In this document: piece after piece, positions 58,064 through 64,000 of the stretch | How the letters are laid out: every line of letters starts with the position of its first letter | Numbering within the stretch: position 1 is the stretch's first letter | Origin: Candidatus Latescibacterota bacterium | GTDB taxonomy: Bacteria > Latescibacterota > UBA2968 > GCA-2709665 | Length of the DNA stretch: 64,000 nt | Assembly (NCBI GenBank): GCA_963662665.2 | Contig: CAXXJS010000031.1 | Coordinates: forward strand, 32,001-96,000 | Direction: 5' to 3' | Notes under the pieces: model-generated | Seen by the model: the letters and a program-made list of their open reading frames with translations, nothing else | The model's database searches: none | What the model was told of the DNA's origin: nothing | Position numbers and translations under genes: made by a program

Positions 58064-58866
58064 TGACTTCTCTCCACGGGTGCCAATGGCTTCATCAGAA
58101 CCGTCCACGTACCTGGCAAGCCGAGAGCATTGGCGCTCTCCGGACAGACCTTCATCGGCCGTAAATCGAGAATCTCGAAAAATCCCGCGAGTATTTCTCT
58201 AAGCCTATTCTCGGTATAACCGATGCCCGGAGGCATCTGTCCACGTTCGTATATTTCCCAGTCTTCGACGGGTTGACCGCCGGTCGTGTCGAAACAGGTC
58301 ATGCCGAAGAATCCGTTCGGGTTTATAGCCTGTCGAACCAATTCGAGATAGTATGGCCTTCGATGCGGCGGAAGATGATGGAACAGACCGGCGTCGTACG
58401 CAACGTCGTAATGGTTCTCACGCAATGTTACGTCAAAGACCGACCCGACGATGAAATTGGCGCGAACCCCCTCTTCCTCCGCAATCAAACGCCCTCTCGC
58501 GATCGCGACCCGCGACAGATCGATGGCGTCAACCCTGAAACCTGCCTTCGCCAGATAAATCGCGTTCCGACCGATCCCGCATCCCAGATCAATGGCGTTA
58601 CCCGACCTGAGGCGCCCCTGATTAATGTAACCGACCAGATTCTCATCCGGGACGTTCCTCAGAAAAGGCGGCGTCCGCTTTCCCTCCGTGTAGAAGGACT
58701 CCCATTCTACCAATTCAGACGGGGCGGGGTCGAACAATGCCGAGTCTTCTTCAGTTAGAATCGGTTTTCGTGGGATGTCAGCCATCTGAGGCGCTTCGAA
58801 TCTGTCGGTCGCACCGGCTCGTGGTAGGCGTCCGGAGACGACGTCGTCAATTTGGACGTTAGACAA
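58060..58866 (-). CDS. Class I SAM-dependent methyltransferase
   Basis: DLGCGIGRN..YLA..G..V.AID.S; YD.G.FHH; start uncertain. Confidence 0.88.
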   Translation of the reverse strand: MSNVQIDDVVSGRLPRAGATDRFEAPQMADIPRKPILTEEDSALFDPAPSELVEWESFYTEGKRTPPFLRNVPDENLVGYINQGRLRSGNAIDLGCGIGRNAIYLAKAGFRVDAIDLSRVAIARGRLIAEEEGVRANFIVGSVFDVTLRENHYDVAYDAGLFHHLPPHRRPYYLELVRQAINPNGFFGMTCFDTTGGQPVEDWEIYERGQMPPGIGYTENRLREILAGFFEILDLRPMKVCPESANALGLPGTWTVLMKPLAPVERSQ

Positions 58867-58873
58867 TCTTCGT

Positions 58874-59260
58874 TTATCCGATCTTCAAGACGTGATCGAT
58901 CAGCCTTTCTGTCAGTTCCTGCCTCGACACTTGTCCCGAAGCAACACCCAGGATAACGGTCTTTTGCTCATCCACTTTCGCCCTGATTTCATGTCCGTTC
59001 AGAGCAAGAAACACTTCCATCGCTGCGTGTCCCGATCTCTCATTCCCGTCGACAAAGGGAAGATTTCGAGTCAGAACGAAACAGAGGACGGCGGCTTTCT
59101 CGATCAGCGTTGGATAGAGATCCCGCCCGGCAAAAGACATTCGGGGGTGCGCGATGGCAGATTCCAATCTGCCCATGTCACGCAACCCCGGTGCTCCGCC
59201 TGACTGATCAACAATACAACCGTGAAGGTCGATCAGTTCGGCCAGAGTAAGAAATCTCAT
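58874..59260 (-). CDS. Doc/Fic-family toxin with degenerate active site
   Basis: GLRD.G.LESA..P...F.G.DLYP...KAA; motif reads NLPFVDGNER instead of NHPFxDGNKR. Confidence 0.85.
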   Translation of the reverse strand: MRFLTLAELIDLHGCIVDQSGGAPGLRDMGRLESAIAHPRMSFAGRDLYPTLIEKAAVLCFVLTRNLPFVDGNERSGHAAMEVFLALNGHEIRAKVDEQKTVILGVASGQVSRQELTERLIDHVLKIG

Positions 59261-59455
59261 TAAGTCAGCCTTCTATATAATTTCTCATTCTTATTCAATA
59301 CAGGCGTTACTGAAGCATCGAACTCTGCCCGGGGCCTGTCGAGCAGTTCGTCTTACGCTGCCTTCGCAAGTTCCTCCCGGGGGGATACCCAGTCGTTTTT
59401 CGGTTGCATCCAACTCTTGGTTCTGCGATTCCGTAAGATCAAACGAGAGCTTCAT
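59260..59455 (-). pseudogene. Antitoxin of the Doc module, frameshifted and with internal stop
   Basis: MKLSFDL...RLGIPP / EELAKAA*DELL...VL.KN.KLYRRL; indel in the C/G run 59376-59384, TAA at 59353-59355, stop overlaps the doc ATG. Confidence 0.7.
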
Positions 59456-59610
59456 TGGATTACCCTCTTGTTTTTGCATATTGTCGACTTCCGAAATAAA
59501 AACGTACACTTGCGTGGTATCCGCTGTACATCCGAGCCGGAAAGAGCAAGTGCAGAATGCAAGGATCATCCGTGCGACTTCGTAATCTGAGGTTCGTCGC
59601 ATCGATGATG

Positions 59611-59940
59611 CTACCTGGCGGGGAAGACACGCACCACCTGACCAGGTCGAATTTTCGAAAGCATTCGTTCGAGTTCCGGCACGACCTCAATCAGGTCGCC
59701 AAGTGCCTCGCTGGATGAACGCAAGACCGCCACGGCCAGGTCGAAATGTCGAACGGGCTGTTGATAAGGCAGATTGTTGTCCATCGTAACCAGAACATCG
59801 AAATGTCGTTGAGCAAAACGAAGCAATTCGCCGTTTTTCAGTCCCTTCCAGCCCCGGTACTCCACGGTTTCGACCTCGACTTCCGAACGAAAGTAGAGCC
59901 TTAAGCCTACCGGAATATCCTCATCGAGAAGCACCCGCAT
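59611..59940 (-). CDS. DUF5615 (Mut7-C-like PIN) toxin
   Basis: MRVLLDE.IP, GW.G.KNGELL, FDVL.T.D.NL.YQQ. Confidence 0.85.
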   Translation of the reverse strand: MRVLLDEDIPVGLRLYFRSEVEVETVEYRGWKGLKNGELLRFAQRHFDVLVTMDNNLPYQQPVRHFDLAVAVLRSSSEALGDLIEVVPELERMLSKIRPGQVVRVFPAR

Positions 59941-60181
59941 TCTGCATCCTCAAGTAATCCAATCCCTCAGTCGAGAGTTCGAGATATGATTCGATCTGCC
60001 ATCGCTGTACTGAAGGAAATTCCTTGAGATACCCCTCGATCGAATACCCCCCCTTAAGATAACACACAAGGCTGTCTACAGGGACCCTCGTACCTGCGAA
60101 AACGAGGTCTCCACTGTGGATTTCAGGATCACGTGAAACAACCTTTTCCAGATCTATCGTGTTTCGCTCTCGATGCGCCAT
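59921..60181 (-). CDS. DUF433 antitoxin
   Basis: DPEI.SG..VF.GTRVPV..L...L..G.SI...L..FP. Confidence 0.88.
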   Translation of the reverse strand: MAHRERNTIDLEKVVSRDPEIHSGDLVFAGTRVPVDSLVCYLKGGYSIEGYLKEFPSVQRWQIESYLELSTEGLDYLRMQNAGASR

Positions 60182-60517
60182 CACGAAATCTCCGGTTTTA
60201 GCCACAATCCGAAAAAAACAGCAACACGGCGACGCGACGAAACCCCCTGAAACGGGGCGTAACGGGCGTCAAAAAGGACGTTTTTTCAGTTCACGTCCAG
60301 TGACCTGGTGTATCCTGGTAATCAGAAGTTAAATCACCTTTATCTACTTGCATTTATTCGGTTTTACTTTCCCGAAGAATTACGAATCAAGGTTTGTCAT
60401 CTCAATCGTGAGTCACGTCTGAATTGCCTTGGAAATATACGGTCCGTGGAATCAAGATACAAGGCCCGAGGACATTTATTCCAAGTGAATTCGGTTCCTC
60501 ACTCGAAACACGCGGCA

Positions 60518-61237
60518 CTACCAGTGCGAATCCCCAAGATGCCCCTTCAATTCCAGCCCGAGCGCGCCAGCGATTCTTTCTGCGAAGGCGCGTACGCCGG
60601 GCAACTCGGTATAGTTGTGCGAAAACACGAGGACGTTCACCTTTCGGTGTTTCCCGTACACCAGCAGATAGAGATTCGTCTCCCCCGTGACGTACAGATC
60701 GATATCGTATTGCAACGCGTCCCGTAAAAGTGTGGTATAGATACCCGCACCCGTTACCGTGCCTACCCTGCGCACGGGACGGTTCGCGTCATGCTCTCTA
60801 CAGGGCTCCTCTTATAGCAATGCGGTCAGTCTCTCGCGCACCGCGGTCAGTGGTACGGATTCGGGGAGTTCGCCCACCCTTCCCTCCGCATGCTTCAAAA
60901 CTGCCACCGGTACACAGCCGATCTCCGACAGCAGTGTTGCAGAGGTCCCGAATTCTGCCAGGTCCAGCGGGAGGTGCGCCCACACGTGCGTGAGTCCGTT
61001 TTCCTTCAAGAGAGATTGGACCTGCTCCCGCTGCTCGAACATGAAATCCCAGGCATCATGATGAGTGACAATAAGGTCCACGCCTCGATCGGTTGCCGTA
61101 CGTATCACATCCGGCGTTATTGTGGTCGAGTACCCCGCCGCCGTCGGATGGTCGCAATAGCCGGCAATCCCCCACTCATCCGGGTGTGCGTCCAGCAATT
61201 CCCTGGTAAACAGACCGTCCATTATTTCCCGAATCAT
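60518..61237 (-). pseudogene. Nif3-like dinuclear metal-centre protein interrupted by an in-frame TAA
   Basis: LIVTHH, HLPLD in the 5' part; V.G.G, D.YVTGE, H..TE..G in the same frame after the stop at 60812-60814. Confidence 0.8.
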
Positions 61238-61351
61238 GGTTCTGCCCCTCACCGTTCCGGTCTATACAGAAAGGCGTGCCGTCATCGCCAATGGGTCCAT
61301 GGCGGGAAAATCCACACACTTGTGTGTGTGGATTGTGCCAGGCCCCGTACA

Positions 61352-62239
61352 TCACAGGACCATCCACACGCCCCCCACACAGAGTACCACGCCCCCCACC
61401 AGCCGCAGCGTCAGCTTCTCCTTCAGAAAAACGACCGCCATCAACAGACCCATAACCGGTGAGACTGACGCAAGGGTGGCCATCTTGGCGGGTCCGATCC
61501 GGCTGATCGCCATCAAGTACAGCATGGAACCCGCGCCAACGCCGACGATGCCGCTGGCGCCCACGACAATCAGCGCCCGCCGGTCGATATCCCGGATACG
61601 CATAACCGGACCCGTCCACGCCCTGGCCAGGAAGAGTACCGCGGCGGTGAGCGGCACGCGGACGCTGTTGGCCTGTATGGACGTCAGATTCGCAATCGCC
61701 GGTTTGAGCATAACCGTACTCAAACCCCAAAGCAGGCAGGCGAACAGCGCCAGGAACATGCCTAGCGCGAGCCTATCGGGACGCTCACCGGAGGGCTGCC
61801 GGGCCCGGCTCGAAAGAAAGACCACCCCCACCGTAACCAGACAGATCCCGAGAAAGAACTTCCGGCTGAATGGATTGTCCAGCAGGGCCCACTCGAAGAA
61901 AAACGTGGACAGGGGAAACGTCCCCGACAGCGCCATCGCGCGCGACACGCCGATTTCTTTGATCGCCGCCAGGTACATCGTTTCGCCCATGGCCATTCCG
62001 ATCAGCAGCCCGCCCACCAGGAGCGCCCACTCCGTTCCGGTTACGTGCTCGTAACTGGAAAGGGGCGGTCCGAAGGGGAGCAGCGCCCAGAAAAAGACCG
62101 TGGCCACGGCGCACCGGATGCCGTTCATCATCGCCGGCGGGATCGCCTGCGACTGCGTGCGGACCATCAGGCTGTTCAGCGCCCAGACGAACGAGCACGA
62201 CAGTCCGAAAACCTCGCCGGCAGAGATCGAGAACTCCAA
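61352..62239 (-). CDS. DMT/EamA family transporter
   Basis: About ten hydrophobic segments in two EamA-like halves; FLKEKL. Confidence 0.9.
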   Translation of the reverse strand: MEFSISAGEVFGLSCSFVWALNSLMVRTQSQAIPPAMMNGIRCAVATVFFWALLPFGPPLSSYEHVTGTEWALLVGGLLIGMAMGETMYLAAIKEIGVSRAMALSGTFPLSTFFFEWALLDNPFSRKFFLGICLVTVGVVFLSSRARQPSGERPDRLALGMFLALFACLLWGLSTVMLKPAIANLTSIQANSVRVPLTAAVLFLARAWTGPVMRIRDIDRRALIVVGASGIVGVGAGSMLYLMAISRIGPAKMATLASVSPVMGLLMAVVFLKEKLTLRLVGGVVLCVGGVWMVL

Positions 62240-62441
62240 TATGAAGCCCCACGCGCGTTCTGAGGGTCAATACACGATTATTCGGGGGAGGTGATTTCGA
62301 GATTCGATGGCCGGTGACAGCCGTTCGGATGGTATGGTGCAAACGCCTGTCTGGGCCTCCGGTTGACAGGTGGAACCCGCGGTGAAGCGGCGTTCGCGTC
62401 TCTTCACAACATCGGCCGGCCGGTGCGCCTGGCTGCAGCGA

Positions 62442-62849
62442 TCAGACTTCGTACTTTCGGCTGACAATGGGTACGCCGGGCTCGTTGGCGATAACGTAGA
62501 AGACCAGGTCGTCGGTGTCGCTGGCGTTCCGGATCCGGTGCCGGGTGCCGGCCGGCTGCATGAAACAGTCTCCGGCGACGGCTTCGGTGGACTCCCCTTC
62601 GCGATCCACCACGGCCCGGCCGGATACGACAATGAAGAACTCCCACATCCGGTCGTGCGAATGCACGGGACACGGACGCGCGCCCGGGGGAAGACGGGTC
62701 AGTTCCACGTCGAATGGATGCGGCGTTTCCGGGGTGTTTCCCATGGCAACGGAGACATGGCGGCGAAATCGTTCGTAGTTTCCAGTACTCCACGTCCACT
62801 TCTGATGTTCTTCAGGCACGTCGTCCAGATTGATTTTCCATGGGGTCAT
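62442..62849 (-). CDS. Cupin domain protein
   Basis: PG....P.HSH...EFF.V.SG; GD....P.G..H.I.N. Confidence 0.88.
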   Translation of the reverse strand: MTPWKINLDDVPEEHQKWTWSTGNYERFRRHVSVAMGNTPETPHPFDVELTRLPPGARPCPVHSHDRMWEFFIVVSGRAVVDREGESTEAVAGDCFMQPAGTRHRIRNASDTDDLVFYVIANEPGVPIVSRKYEV

Positions 62850-62922
62850 GAGTCGCTTGCCTCCTGCTGTGGTTTATTGTTTTCAATCGGACTGCTCCGA
62901 AAACGTGGATCACCGAGCTTAG

Positions 62923-63245
62923 CAGTCCGTTGAAAAAGTCGCTCTGCAGGCGAGGCATGGTGTCCCGTCCCGGAAATATGTCACCATTCATCCGCCGATT
63001 CATCCCGTCTGGCGGCGTTGCCTTCGCTCGGTGACCCTGGGCAGGTCGCCTGGCTCAGGCGCCTTGCCAGCCGGGCGACTCGGCAGTCGAATTTCGGCAA
63101 TCTATTTCCGCGACAGAACACTGCCATTGTGGTCGAAGACAAGGCGCGCGACCGCGTCGAATCGCGGGATTCGGCAAGGGAGCGCAACGCAGTAATTCGG
63201 CCACAAGGGCCGGACGTAGTCCGGATGGACTTTTTCAACGGGCTG
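62923..63245 (+). mobile_element. MITE family B, full-length copy with target-site duplication
   Basis: 18-bp TIRs CAGTCCGTTGAAAAAGTC / GACTTTTTCAACGGGCTG (one mismatch); TTAG directly repeated at 62919-62922 and 63246-63249. Confidence 0.8.
62960..63121 (+). mobile_element. MITE family A, copy 3, nested within family B
   Basis: Ends GTGTCCCGTCCCGGAAATA / TATTTCCGCGACAGAACAC; body homologous to 4262-4416. Confidence 0.75.
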
Positions 63246-63461
63246 TTAGGGCTGGCGTCGGAAGTTTAAGGAAGACAGCGCTTCAATATCGTCATTCCGT
63301 AATGCCTGGGTTGTTCCTCGACGGCGCGTGAGAAATCTCCCTCGGGGATGGTGTTTATGACGTTGTCTGCTGCGGAGGGTGGGCCGGTAGCAGATATCTG
63401 TCGGACGTATCTACCCGTGGCGACGAGGTAGTGGCATTGCCGATAATATTGAGCCTACTAT

Positions 63462-63638
63462 CTATTCTGGCTGACCAACGTATTCGACTCGCTTTGGCGG
63501 GAGGGTAGTAAACTCCCTCCCGCTGGTTTTTTCTCGCTCCTTAATGTCTCTATATATGGCAGGCAGATCATAGTTGAACTTCCTGGCATTCGCTTCCCGT
63601 ATCTTCCTTACTTCCTCCAGAACCGAATCTCGCCTCAT
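63462..63638 (-). CDS. Small hypothetical protein (putative TA-associated)
   Basis: D.VLEEVRKIRE..A.KFNYDL.AI..DI...E..SGR; SD AGGAGG. Confidence 0.6.
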   Translation of the reverse strand: MRRDSVLEEVRKIREANARKFNYDLPAIYRDIKEREKTSGREFTTLPPKRVEYVGQPE

Positions 63639-63847
63639 CACGTCATTCCTCCTGTGGTGCCTGGCCACGGATCTCTGCTGCCCTGTTAGCCGCTGATGAG
63701 TGAACTCAGGATCGAAACATTATCCGGGGCTGTACTCATCGGTCTACAATGTCAATATGCCTGATTCCTCTGCGGAGTTTAGTCAGTAGTCTCTTCGCAA
63801 ACCGATTGGACCAACTATCCTGGTGTCAGCCAACTCTTCGGCAGACT

Positions 63848-64000
63848 CTAAGAATCCTCCAACCGCTTCAGGAAATCATCTGGCGTGAGAATCTCAATCC
63901 CACGAAAGGGACTCAACGCCAGCAAATCGGCATCACCACTGATGATATGATCTGCTGATCCACTTACAGCCAGTTCGAGGAACTTATCATCTTTTGGATC
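63848..64000 (-). CDS. PIN-family toxin, 3' end (runs off the window)
   Basis: Minus strand reads DPKDDKFLELAVSGSADHIISGDADLLALSPFRGIEILTP..FL*. Confidence 0.85.
   Translation of the reverse strand, partial: DPKDDKFLELAVSGSADHIISGDADLLALSPFRGIEILTPDDFLKRLEDS

Noticed and set aside
60812-60814. Sec/Pyl recoding in the Nif3-like gene
   Set aside because: The stop is TAA, not TGA or TAG
1-64000. CRISPR array, rRNA or intact transposase
   Set aside because: No regularly spaced repeat-spacer pattern, rRNA-like segment or transposase ORF recognised

Overview
64 kb from a GC-rich diderm bacterium (TonB-dependent receptors, Lnt, PQQ-type beta-propellers); taxonomy cannot be fixed from this window. 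Layout: (1) 1-1.9 kb, an A-rich ubiquitin-like / E2-like-E1(ThiF) / Cys-His-rich (DUF6527-like) operon; (2) 2-17 kb, an accessory patchwork of vapBC, orphan antitoxins, a decayed AAA-ATPase/TOPRIM pair, DUF5131, a radical SAM enzyme, a ferredoxin-HTH fusion, a TonB receptor and an S9 peptidase; (3) 18-42 kb, a Zn-metalloprotease, a large sugar-acid/amino-compound catabolic neighbourhood, a second TonB receptor and tandem beta-propellers; (4) 42-56 kb, housekeeping genes (hemL, uvrA, rfbBC, Ca/Na antiporter, bioF, TrmJ-like); (5) 56-64 kb, small accessory genes and decayed TA modules. Top observations: an in-frame Lnt-TatC fusion, a 66-nt tRNA-Arg(UCG)-like gene lacking its D-arm but with a candidate promoter and terminator, the Gly-less Ubl operon, and two MITE families, one nested in the other. 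Several single-base indels in short homopolymers suggest possible consensus errors, so frameshift, fusion and deletion claims need read-level checks. All family calls come from motif recognition by eye; no searches were run.
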